Shown here one piece after another: positions 31,036 through 42,121 of a DNA stretch of 64,000 nt (positions within the stretch are counted from its first letter, which is position 1; the number at the start of each line of letters is the position of its first letter). A model generated the notes under the pieces. That model did not search any database and was not told the origin of the DNA. It saw only the letters and a program-made list of their open reading frames with translations. Location: the NCBI GenBank assembly GCA_001949185.1, contig BDGG01000001.1:186001-250000 (forward strand), in the 5' to 3' direction. Position numbers and translations under genes: made by a program. This stretch comes from Ramazzottius varieornatus (taxonomy: Eukaryota; Animalia; Tardigrada).

Positions 31036-33167
31036 ATGAAACTACCCGACCTCAACCTGCAAGCCATCTTTGGGGAGTACGCCAAGATCATCGAGCAGGT
31101 ATGGGAGAAGGGCCCGGCCATGGTGAGCCACTACCGCAAGATTGTCCACGACACTTGGCACACCTACACCGAGAACCACCTCAAGCGCTTTGAGATGCTG
31201 CCGGCCGATGACCAGCGACGCTTTATGAATAGTGGAGTGGACAGCGCTGTGGTCTTTTTGTTGCTGACGACCATCTCACGGCTCATCTTGATCAGGTTCC
31301 TGGAGCCCTTTTTGAAGCAGCATTTTAAACCGGCGGCTCACCATGGATTCTCCTTGACATACCCGCAAGCCAAGTGGCTGTTTTCCACCACTCTGCTCTT
31401 TGCCATCTGGCATGCTAACAGTCATTATTTTTTCGACTTGGGCGCTCCGGTGGACTTGGCTTTGTTACTCGGTGTGGGAACCGCTCTGTAAGTCAACACA
31501 TAACTCACTTTATTTTGCCATTCAGAATTTTGATGGTGGTTCAGACGTCAATTATCTGAAACAAATCATCAGCGGTGATGCATGAGGATCGCAAATATAC
31601 AGCAGGAAAAATACAGTGCTTGTCAGCCAACTTACTGGTGTTGGTGATTGTTTCTTTGGAAATCGTCAAGTTGCGCAACCAAGTCAGGGACACACTGACA
31701 GTTTTCTACGAAGTGTATTTTTTACGAAGTTTTGTATACACGGCTGACTGCATCAAGAGCACTATCTGACCGGAATGTCTTTCCACAGGGGCGCTATGGT
31801 TTATCGGCAGTCACATTCCGGCAAAGAATGTCTGGCTTTTTTCGCCTTGCCCGTTCTGATTCTGCTGCCCGTATCCATCACAATTGCTGTCATGCAACAC
31901 GGACCCTTCGTCACCCAGCACCGCATCTTCCCCTTCGTCATGGCCTCCGTCACAGCCGCCACCGCCCTCTTCTTCATCTTCGAAGCGCCACCAACCCCCG
32001 TCCACAAAGGGGGTACCGTCCAACCTTTCGGCGAAGCTCTGAAACAGGAGATTATGCACCTTGTCCAAAACTGGCGTCACGCCCCAGTTGATCTTGCTGC
32101 CAGTATCAGCCCGGCCAATATCGGCAAGAAGGCTGGACGAGCTGGCTCGAAAGTTTCCGACTTTGTCCACAACCAGGAAGACCAAGGTAAATTCCAACCT
32201 GTGATATTGCCAAAGCTGGCAAAGTCAATACTCACCTGTGTGAACTACAGTAGGAACGGAATGAAATATAACGTAGAAAAGAAGTCAAATAGCTGCCATA
32301 TTCTCCTACATTGTACGAATTTCAAAACTGAAAATCCGTCACCACCACAGTGTTCGGTCACTCGGCAAACAACTTCGACAAGACTGTAGTTTTCCACTGG
32401 CGTACATTTTCCATCTTACTGGCTGAGGCTTGCGTCACTTGAAAAAGCGATTTTGTCGAGTTTGCTTGCCTTTCTCAAGTGGCGCGTTCATTTCACCTTT
32501 TTCGACTGGAAGCGAATTATCTGGGCCAATTATCTGGTCGTATTTGTTCTCCCAGGTGAGTGGCGCACGTTTGCATCGTTGTCAGCTGAAATCGCGCGCC
32601 ACTTGCAAAAACAATCTGGTGGAGTTAATTTTGCGGAGCTGTCATTGATAGGGGACGTACAGTAAGGCTGGAAAAGTATGGTTTGGCGATGGTGGTGTTT
32701 TGTAATCTTGGTCTTTGTTGCTTGAAGGTCGGGAAGTGATCCGGGTCGCCTCGCCGGTGGTCAACTCTGCCGTTTCGGGAGTCTACCACTTCTTCGAGAA
32801 CATCTTCCTGTTCTTGCTGGGCCTGGTCTACCGCTTCAACAAATTCTTATACTATCTCTATCGTTTGGTGGTAGATGGAGTGTTGTCGGGTGTCAAGAAG
32901 ATCCCGGGAATGGGCCAGTACCTGCAAGACCATGACGTCAAGGGACACCATGGACAGGCCGATGGCCACGGAGGCGCTCACCATGGCGGCGCAGCGGCCA
33001 CTGCCCATGCTGTAGAGCATACCGCCGGAGACGGTCAGACCTCGGAGGACCAAGACGAGTCGCCCAAGAAGCGAGGCAAAGGAGGCCGTAGCCGAAGTGG
33101 CGGTTTGGCTAAACCCAACTTGTCGAAACGAGTGTCCAAAAGCCGCAGCAGAAGCCGCAATCGCTGA
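31036..33167 (+). CDS. Uncharacterised multi-pass membrane protein with a His-rich and basic RS C-terminal tail (3 or more exons; true start may be upstream)
   Basis: GC3-rich exons at about 30960-31487, 31789-32186 and 32728-33167 bounded by GT/AG; several TM segments; ends KRVSKSRSRSRNR*. Confidence 0.7.
32373..32625. repeat. AAGTGGCGCAC hairpin-unit repeat cluster (intron)
   Basis: cactggcgtac..tgcgtcacttg..caagtggcgcg..agtggcgcacg..gcgcgccacttg. Confidence 0.8.
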
Positions 33168-33445
33168 TACGTCCATGTTGCCCAGTTTCACAATTTTTAC
33201 TCCATCCGTATTTTAATGTCGCTAAAATTCTATCGAGCCTTACGCCTCGAAAGAAAATTGGTTTCAGAGCCGCTGTGCTTCGTGGAGTGAACCAGCGTTT
33301 GTACAGTAATTCTACGCGAAAATGGACTTGACAATACAGACCAAAGAAAATGGCTGCCGAAAATAAAACACAAAGTCCAACACCAATCTTTTCGTGCTAA
33401 ATTTCTGATGGATGAAGAAAGGGAAGGGAGGGGGGCAATTTAAAG

Positions 33446-34515
33446 TTATTCGGGAGTGGAAGGGCCAGCTCCGGTGGGCTTTCCATCGATCTTGATCAGG
33501 CGAGGTGCTCGCTTGCTGGCTTGTGTTCTCCACTCATCCTGGTTATCGAACGTCAGGTGTATCGGATTACCTGTAGAAAAAAGGCCTATTCGTTGCCGCT
33601 GCGATTTCCTGAATGATTGCAGTGATTTCAACTTTCAAGCCAATGCGGCTAGTGAGCACTACATCTGAAGTTGTTAGACGTCTAGTCATCTCCTTTATAC
33701 CGAAAAAGCAAATTTCCTCCAGTGACTGAATTTCGTTGAGCTTGGAGTACTCTGCCCAGTCCTTGACCAGGTTGTAGGCCATATAAAGTATCTCCAGCTT
33801 CTTCATTCCACCCAGACCTTTGATCTTGTCGATCATGTTGTACGATATCCATAGCTGCTCTAGCGTTTCTGACAGGGCTTCGATACCGCTGAAGGACTTG
33901 ATGTTGTTCCTTCCCAATGCCAGTATCTTTAGGTTCTCTATAAGCAACAGCCCATAACATAGTCGTGTTATTAATATTTGCAGATAGTTGGGGCCACTGC
34001 AGTCAAAGTCACCAAGGTCGTCTTATCAAGTGGCGCACGCTTTCGTCCAGTAATACTGAAGGTGTGCGCCACCTACTTGGGAACGTAAGCTTGTCGAATT
34101 GGTTTGCCGAGTTGCGGTTTATTCCATCTTTATCGCACAGCTGGTTCCAGACTTACTGAGCGCTCCCACACTGGCTATCCTATCAATGTTGTTGGTGGAC
34201 AGGGATAGGTATTCGCATTCGCCCAGCGTGTTGAGCGTACTGTCCATCTTGTCGATAGGGGGCATCTGCCCGTTCAGCTTGATGACCTTCAGACTCCATT
34301 CCTGGTTCTTCTCCTTGGCTGTGGCTTCCTACCAGACCAATTTCCTACACACCCAACCCGCTATCTTGAGCGTTCAAAGGGTAACTCAGACTGACGTACC
34401 GCTTTGACCAATGCGTCCTTGATACTGGTGCCTCCACCTGCTTTCTTCAGAAACACAGTAAGCTCAAGATAAGCGCCATCTGGGACAGTCGCAGTTTTGC
34501 ACCACTTACCGCCAT
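33446..34515 (-). CDS. DNAL1: Dynein axonemal light chain 1 (LC1)
   Basis: MA|[104 protein letters not shown]. Confidence 0.95.
33990..34100. repeat. AAGTGGCGCAC hairpin-unit repeat cluster (DNAL1 intron)
   Basis: tcaagtggcgcacgc-N-gtgtgcgccacc. Confidence 0.75.
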
Positions 34516-34671
34516 CGATTTTCAGATGATGTCAGATGCAGCAAAAAAAGTTTCAGATAATATGTTTCAATCTCGAACCATTCATATAAGGCTTGAAGAA
34601 GTTTTGAAATTTAAAATCCAAGCTTGCTACACAGACTTGGCGGGATAACGTACAACATGATACAAGCAACA

Positions 34672-34685
34672 GTATCCATGACCAC
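34672..34685. promoter_or_regulatory. Candidate X-box upstream of DNAL1
   Basis: GTATCCATGACCAC is one mismatch from GTHNYYATRRNAAC and lies about 160 bp upstream of the ATG. Confidence 0.45.
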
Positions 34686-34823
34686 ATCTAAGCGATCAAT
34701 CAGAACCAACTCACACCGACAGGACTAACGGGCATTCCTGGAAAAGTCAGGACAGGTAAGTACAAGGAGAAAACGATTCAAAATTGGAAACAGAAAGAGT
34801 GAAACATGGTTGTTTACAGTGGG

Positions 34824-37800
34824 CTATTCTCCGCCGTCCAGCAAAGATTGACCGCCCATTTCCATAGGTCTTTCCATATTCATGATATCCAGTAACGTCG
34901 GCGCCACATCACACAAAGCTGGTGGGTGCTTCACTGCTTTCAGGGAAAACTTCCGCTTTGAGTTTGCAATTATGAATGGCACTACAAACAATCCAATGAA
35001 CAGTTCAAGCCGCAGTTACACGCGCATACTTCAGTCCAGCATTTCAATGTATCGAAATCCTGCTGAGTTTTCAAATCTTGATGCGCACCTTTATTGGTGG
35101 TATGCGCTGTGTGCGGTTTCCCTTCGGCGTCCATCATCTGTTCGGCATTACCGTGGTCCGCTGTCACCAATATGGTGTAGTTGTGCTTCTTACAAGCCTC
35201 TAATATCTTTCCAATAGCCGCATCTGACAAGCAAACTTAGTTACTTCTACACTAACCGGCAACGAAATGTAGCGAAACGGCAAGATGCAGGAACGTATTG
35301 TAATATTCACGCAAGTGTACCTGTTGCTTCTACAGCCTTGACAGCTGCAAGATAAATACCCGTATGACCCACCATATCAGGTGGCGCCAAGTTACACAGC
35401 ACCAGATTGTACTTTTCCAGTCCGATCGCTTCGACCATCTAAAGAAGACATGAGCGAATTATTCAGAATTCTAAAAGAGGACCACTGCAAGTTTTGCGAA
35501 CTGGGAGAATTAACATAAGCCAGATCTTTCTCTCAAGTGGCCCAGTTCTCTGTTGTCATAAGCTGGAAGCGTGCGCCACTTGCACAAACGATCTTGTCGA
35601 CATTGTGGCGCACTTTCTTGGTGACATTAACTGGCAGTATGCGTCACTTGGGAAAACGAGCTGTTTTGCTCCTCTGCCTATCGTACTTTGTCAGCGACGG
35701 TGTTACAGGACATTTCAGGCTGGAGATCGTAGGTGGCAACTTTGGGAGAGTCTACCAGGGCCCGCACTTCGCCGCTGACTTGCTTCTCTTTGCCGCCGTT
35801 GAGGAAGAAGGTGACATGGGCGTACTTTTCCGTTTCGGCACAGTGAAACTGGGTGGCGCCTTTGGAGGCTAGCCATTCGGGCAGGGTATTTTCCGTGTTG
35901 ATAGGTGGGTAGAGAAGGGGGAAGAACCAGTCGGCATTGTATTGTGTCATGCAAGCGATATACTGCACAAAAAAAATCTCGTATAAACAAACTGTAGAAA
36001 GAATTTTAGACTACTTCCGGTCTCTCGACTTGACGCCTCCTTACTGCTCAGAACATCAAAAACGAATTCTTACCAAGTCTTTCGAATGAACATCAGTATC
36101 AAAATTCCTTTTTACACCGAACGTTTCCACCATCTCCCGCATCCGGTCGGAACGGAAGTTGAAAAATACAAGCGTGTCGCCGTCTGTAGATATATTATAT
36201 ATCCATATGGCATCGTTCTGACTTCAACCAAATAGATCAGTGTTCATGTTGGTATCATGCACACGTGCGCACCTTTTATCCGATTGTCGCCTTTGAGCAC
36301 AATAGGTGTCAAGAACTCGTCCGTCTGCTTTTGGGCATCGGGTAAAGCGTAGCGCTTTTCTATCAGCTAGAACATACAGCAACATTACAATCAACCTTGA
36401 CTTCAGTCGCTCAACCAAACACGGTGAAATATTCATAGTGGTATACAGAGCGATATGCGACGCACAGCAAAAAGGTCTTCCGGTGTATCGACAAGTTCGC
36501 CCACGCCTTTGTACAAGCCATCAAAGGCAATCTTCAGCCGTTCCCACCGCTTATCCCGATCCATAGCGTAGTACCTCCCAATAACTGTGGCGATCTCGCC
36601 GTACTCGATCTTGTTCATAAAGTCGTTCAGCTGTTTCAGGTAACCAACTACGTAGGGAAAGGACCATTCCTGATCAAATCCATTGTTGGGCCTCCGTGTC
36701 ATTGTACTTATGGTTTTCGGATCGTCGACGGGTGAGAAGCCGTTACCACAGAGTACAAATATCAAACGTTCTTTTCGTTCGTTCCTACCTGCGCTAGTCG
36801 GGGAAGTGTCCCTTCCGTCAGTAAAGGCCTGCACGTAACAGATGGGCACTTGGTTGGTTTTGCAGGCTTGTATCAGCGACATGAGGTGCTCAATGTGCGA
36901 ATGGACACCGCCATCGCTAACCTGTAACGTAAAATTATCGTAGCAAATTGGTAGCCGTTGAGAACCTCCTCTTGAATCTTGTCCAGGTTATCCAGCAGTA
37001 CATGCAGGACGAGATATTACGGTACAGTAAAAATTATGGGACAGGCGGAAAGGACAATAAGATTCAACCGTAGAAAAGTGTCGAAAAATGTATCAGTGTG
37101 AATCGGTCGCGTGCGTACGTGCTGCCGCACCGCCGTAGCGAAAAGGCCTGTACCATAATTTTTACTTGTACCATAATTTCTCGTCCTGCGTGTACATTAA
37201 CAAGTGATCCCCTATTCGGCACACGCACGGCAAGAATTATAGGCCAGACGGCAAAATGGAAATTCAAACGTTGAAAAGTGTCGATAAGTGTATTGCTGTG
37301 AATCCGTCGCGTACATACGTTCTTCCGTACCGCCGTAGCCAAAATGGAATGTGATTGCGAATGCGCTGATGTCCATATTTTTTACTGGACCATAACTTCT
37401 CACTGTGCGCGTAGTAAAATTCTCGGCTGGACTTACCATGCCTACAAGGTGTAACCGACCTCCTGCATTTTTTGCGCGTTCACATGCTTTGACAAACTCA
37501 ATGTTTTTGTCAATACGGTTGTTCTCAACATCTAGGTTGATCCTAACAATGTCCTGGTAGACTACCCGACCAGCGCCGAGGTTCAGATGACCAACTTCGC
37601 TGTTGCCCATCAAACCACGAGGAAGTCCGACGAGAAGGCCGGAAGCTTCCAGCTGGACAATACGGTCCTTGTCTTTGCTCAGCTCTGTCATGACAGGTGT
37701 CTGCGCATTTGCAATCGCATTCCCTGTCAACAAACCCAACAAACCCTGCTGACTAAATCTCGAACTCAAGGGAGTCATCGCGGTTATGAACCATACATCC

Positions 37801-38072
37801 AGGATAATCACAACAAGTGACGCACCCTTCCGGACAATGAAAACGAAAGCGCGCGCCACTTGAAAGAAGGCGAACGAACTCGACGCGATCGTTTTTCCAA
37901 GTGGCGTACGCCTACTGCCAATGACAATAATTACGTGCGCGACTTGAAACGATACCTTATACATTTGTTTGTTGACTTTCCATGATTACTTACCATTCTT
38001 CTCGTCCGAAAGACCCCACCCATCGATGATGATTAAGCACACACGAGGGTCATCCTTCACGTTTTTCGCCAT
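34824..38072 (-). CDS. gpmI: 2,3-bisphosphoglycerate-independent phosphoglycerate mutase (iPGM), multi-exon
   Basis: CLIIIDGWG; LVGLPRGLMGNSEVGHLNLGAGRVVYQD; SDGGVHSH; TDGRDTSP; GRYYAMDRDKRWER; FFNFRSDR; AETEKYAHVTFFLNGG; NLAPPDMVGHTG; VTADHGNAE; PHTAHT; LCDVAPTLL. Confidence 0.97.
35518..35660. repeat. AAGTGGCGCAC hairpin-unit repeat cluster (iPGM intron)
   Basis: caagtggccc..gcgtgcgccacttg..gtggcgcac..tgcgtcacttgg. Confidence 0.8.
36998..37412. mobile_element. Tandem pair of approximately 200-bp TIR-bounded mini-elements (MITE-like) in an iPGM intron
   Basis: gtacatgcaggacgagatattacggtacagtaaaaattatgg (36998) is inverted relative to about 37149-37196 and 37370-37410. The internal segment aaaagtgtcga..gtgaatc.gtcgcgt..accgccgtagc recurs 200 bp later. 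Confidence 0.65.
37812..37950. repeat. AAGTGGCGCAC hairpin-unit repeat cluster (iPGM intron 1)
   Basis: caagtgacgcac..gcgcgccacttg..ctcgacgcgatcgtttttccaagtggcgtacg..cgtgcgcgacttg. Confidence 0.8.
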
Positions 38073-38427
38073 ACCTCCGCCACAACAACTTAGCGGCATC
38101 GAGAAGCCAGGCTAATTGTTCCAGCCAGCGCAAATAAAGCAGCAGATTGTCCGCAAGACTATTATTTTATTGTTTCATCAACAAATCAACTCTTCAAACA
38201 CCGTAATTAACCATTACCTCTGTGCCAGAAATGTGCATGAGTGTGGTTAGGCGTCTTCCTGCTACGGTTATTCTTTAAAGTCCTACATCACTTAGAAACC
38301 AGCAGCAGAGATCCTGCTGGCCAAGCTCGGCTTTACATCCAAAAAAAGAGGACGAAGAGAGAAAAACAAGAGAAGCTGTTGAAAGATGACCGAAGTGAAG
38401 ACATGAAGCCGGAAGTACATTCTCCCG

Positions 38428-41400
38428 CTAGCCAAGAAGCGCCGCTGCGTTGCGCGTCATCTGCCGATTGGGTATCAGATAGTTGGGGTTCCGCCTACAG
38501 GAAGCATGTTCAATTAGAGCGAGTAAGTTTAATGCTACTCCGCACTACCACTAGCCAAAAGTAGTGGGGAGAGAGCCAAACTTACAACAAGTCGGCCCGT
38601 GTGGTGAATTTGCCTGCCATTTGCAGATCGGCAAACTGCGAAGTGACACCGTCGTAGTTCATGGTTGCCACTGCTTTCACATCATCCTTCCTGTTAACGG
38701 CACAAGCACTGTCCACCTCGTCGGTGAGGAAACTAAAACCATTCAAACTTACTTCAGGTAGAAAGCCACCCATCGACCATTCTGGATATCGCCGCTGATC
38801 ATCACATCGTCAAAATTATCACAGTATCCTGCAAAGACATTTGCGCCATCAAATGTCGAATATATAGCTCACTGAAATGCTTTAGCGGACAGAGTACCTG
38901 CGTAGCGAATGCTCTTGCCGAAAATTGTGGTCCAGAAGTAGGGTACAGACCGCAGGGGCTCCAAATGGCCGGAGCTCATCATGTTCAAGGCCGCTATCCG
39001 ACCTAAATAACAAATCTTCCTCCCCTCACTACCACCAAGCCAACTTGACATGTTCTACCTTGAGAATGAGCCATGGACCAATGCTGGACTTTAGCTCGCA
39101 GTCCTGAGTCAGAAAGCGGGAAGGTGGCCACGTCACCGGCGGCAAAGACCCGTTCAACATTCGTCCGCATAAACTGTCAACACAAAACACCTACCCATCT
39201 TGTCGGCCATGGTTCATCGTACGTGACAGCTATGCTGTTGACCAGAGCCAGTAGGTGCCAGTGCCGGCTTACCTGGTCGACATTGATGAAACCTTCCTCG
39301 TCCAACTCGATACCGCAATTCAGCAGGCATTTGGTGTTGGGAACAGTTCCTGCAGTATAACCAAGAGAAAACTGTAGAAAAGCTCCGCAAACCGCTCCAC
39401 CGTAAGAATATCGACAAGAAGAAGAGAATGGCACTGACCAATAGCCACTAGTACCAAGTCTGCAGGTACATTGATGACTTCGTTCTTTTTGTAGTTGCGG
39501 ATACGGACGGATTGCACTTTGTCGCTTCCCTCCAGCATCTCCACGTTGCTGGCTTCGTAAAACGTCACACCGCGGTCCCGCAACATCTGGCAAAGCAAAG
39601 CAGCATTACTCCACCCAAAGCATATAAACTTCACCTCATTCGTTAGCATTCATCACAAATGGCATCTTCTGACCTGCCTCAACAGCTTGCCAATATGTCT
39701 TCCCAGTAAATTCTCAAAGGGGTAATTTCGCCGGCAGACGATGGCCACAGACTTGGCTTTGTAACCCATGAAGGCTGCAACCTCCAGCGCTAAGACAAAC
39801 ACAAAGGCAACTTTCAAACAAAATATCAACATCAAAATTATTACCATCATTCCGCTCAAAGAAGAACCAGCCAGAAAGCTTGGAATAATTTATGGAATAA
39901 TCATAACTATTATTTTTGTCGAACCAAGGAAGGAAGCGCCGACAATGACGATATTCTTGTCTTTGCCAGCGGCGGCGATATAGTTGGCTTCATCCGGCGT
40001 CCGCAGCAGGCAAACATCTTTCAGGTCGCGCCCTTGCATGTCCAGCTTCTTGGGGCTGCAAACTATCATATTTGCTCAATTTTCTTATCATCCAGCAAAA
40101 TGTTGTATCTGAAGCAAAAGCCAACAAAAAAGTCAAAGTCATTCTTACCTCGCGCCGGTGCAGATCAGCAGCTTGTCATATCTCAACATTAGCTTGGTCT
40201 TGGCTGTTACTGTCCGATCACTTGTGTCAATATTCACAATCTACAAAAATAATTTCGGGCATAAAGACCACAATAAATGTCACAAAATGGCCTTATTATC
40301 GATAGAACTGATTGAGAGCGACAACTGGTCAGTTTCCGCTGTCAGAACAGCTTTTGAAAGGCACAACGTACCTCCTGGTCCAACATGAGCTCAATGTCGT
40401 ACTTTTTGAAGTGGCTAGCATCGCGCAACAAGAGCAATTCTTGGTCGACATCCAACGTCTAGAACGAGACGACATTTTGTAGCGGAAGGTTATGTAGAAA
40501 CGGGCATCGCCACTCCATCCATCCTGCACAATGATCATGAGAGGCTTACTTTGCTGAGCTTTGGTCTGTCGTAAGTGGGTATCTGCTCTTTGGCGAAGAT
40601 GACGATGCGACCGGAGAAATTCTTCCTCCGTAACGTCTCAGCGGCAACGAGAGCGGCAGGTCCTAAGATGCAAGTCAGTTGTTTTGGTCTCGCTCGAAGC
40701 TGCAGCGTGAAGGTAGGCGGAAACATATAAAAAGCCTTACCACCACCGACGATGACGAAAATGGTTTCATTGCTCTTGTCCGCTTTGGACATGGCCGGTA
40801 TCACCTTGGCCTTGCCCAGCAAGCGCCGGTCCACTTCCACGATGACGCTACCCTTCACCACCTTCACCTACAACAACATGGAAAATGAACCTGTGTATTC
40901 ATGGCCAGTACCTATACGGATAAGTGAAGGTGGACGGTAAGTAGACTTACGGGGAAAGCCGGTACGCCGTCGATACCGGGATATTCCTCGATTTCCCCGG
41001 TGACGAGGTTGAAGCAGGCCCCATGCCAAGGACAGCGAAGTCGTCCGTTGAAATACGACCCTTCAAGCAATAACCCTGCTCAGACATGAGTACGGCAACA
41101 AAGATCAAAGTTTCTCCTCTGTAGTCCCAACCTTTACGAAGAGGTGCGTTGTAATGGCTGCACTTATTACCGACGATGAAATACTGGTCGGCATCGCGGA
41201 TGAGCAGCAGTTTGGCGTTCTCAATTGTCAGCTCTCGAATTCTGCCAGAGCATAAATAAATAAACAGACAACCCACAACTTGACACTGTACATTGAGTTA
41301 TTCTTCAACAGGTGCACTTGGGATTTGTACTGGACGACGCACTCGCCGTGTTTCAGGTCGCCGTGGTGGCAGACCAATAGCTCGAAGGTGTCGTCGGTCT

Positions 41401-41605
41401 TGCGCATGCGCATGTAGGCTTCATCCAGCCGACGCGAGATTTGTTTGGCTTCCATGCGACGCTCCTCAATCTCAGCCACTAAACAGAGCAAGTAACCATT
41501 AAGGTCAAATGTCAGCACAGCTTAGCACACACGGATGTTACTGTCAATTCTGATGCGCATACTATCTTGCGGGCCGCGTAGCGCTTTTGATGGTGCAGAT
41601 CCCAT
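38428..41605 (-). CDS. AIFM3: Apoptosis-inducing factor 3-like (Rieske 2Fe-2S plus FAD/NAD oxidoreductase)
   Basis: Start MGSAPSK; Rieske [19 protein letters not shown]; IVGGG|[19 protein letters not shown]; IVIVGASF; VFAAGDVA; [18 protein letters not shown]. Confidence 0.93.
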
Positions 41606-42121
41606 ATTTTTCCTCCTTCAAGACACTCAATGCAAAATTACGAAAACTGAAGTTACGAAACAATTACGAAATTACGAATTTTCGCTTGGTGACGAACTCT
41701 CAGGAAAGTGTAAAGACTGAAGTATTGTCGTGGAACAGATAAGTGGCGATCAAAGACTCCTCTCGATCCATCCGGAGAAGTAATATAACACTTCGCAATA
41801 TTTGTCTGCCTGTTCTCAATGAAGAAAACGTTTAAAGTTGCCTAGCCAACATTAGTGAAAAACGATGCAGCAGAGCAAGATCCTGTGTCAGAATACGCTT
41901 TGCGTGCTCTTTTCCATGTTTGCCTTCTCGTTATTCTTTGCAAGTTTCAAGTGGCGCAATTCTAAACTTAATTTGGTGATCGCTGACTTGTTTCGGTATC
42001 TGCGCATCCACTGTTTGGCGCTTTGCTCTGCACAATGCCTCGAAGAAACTTTCGGTAGAGCTCGGCATCTGGCTATCCATGGTTGGGCCCGCCGCTCCAC
42101 CCCCCATTGCGCCACCATGCC

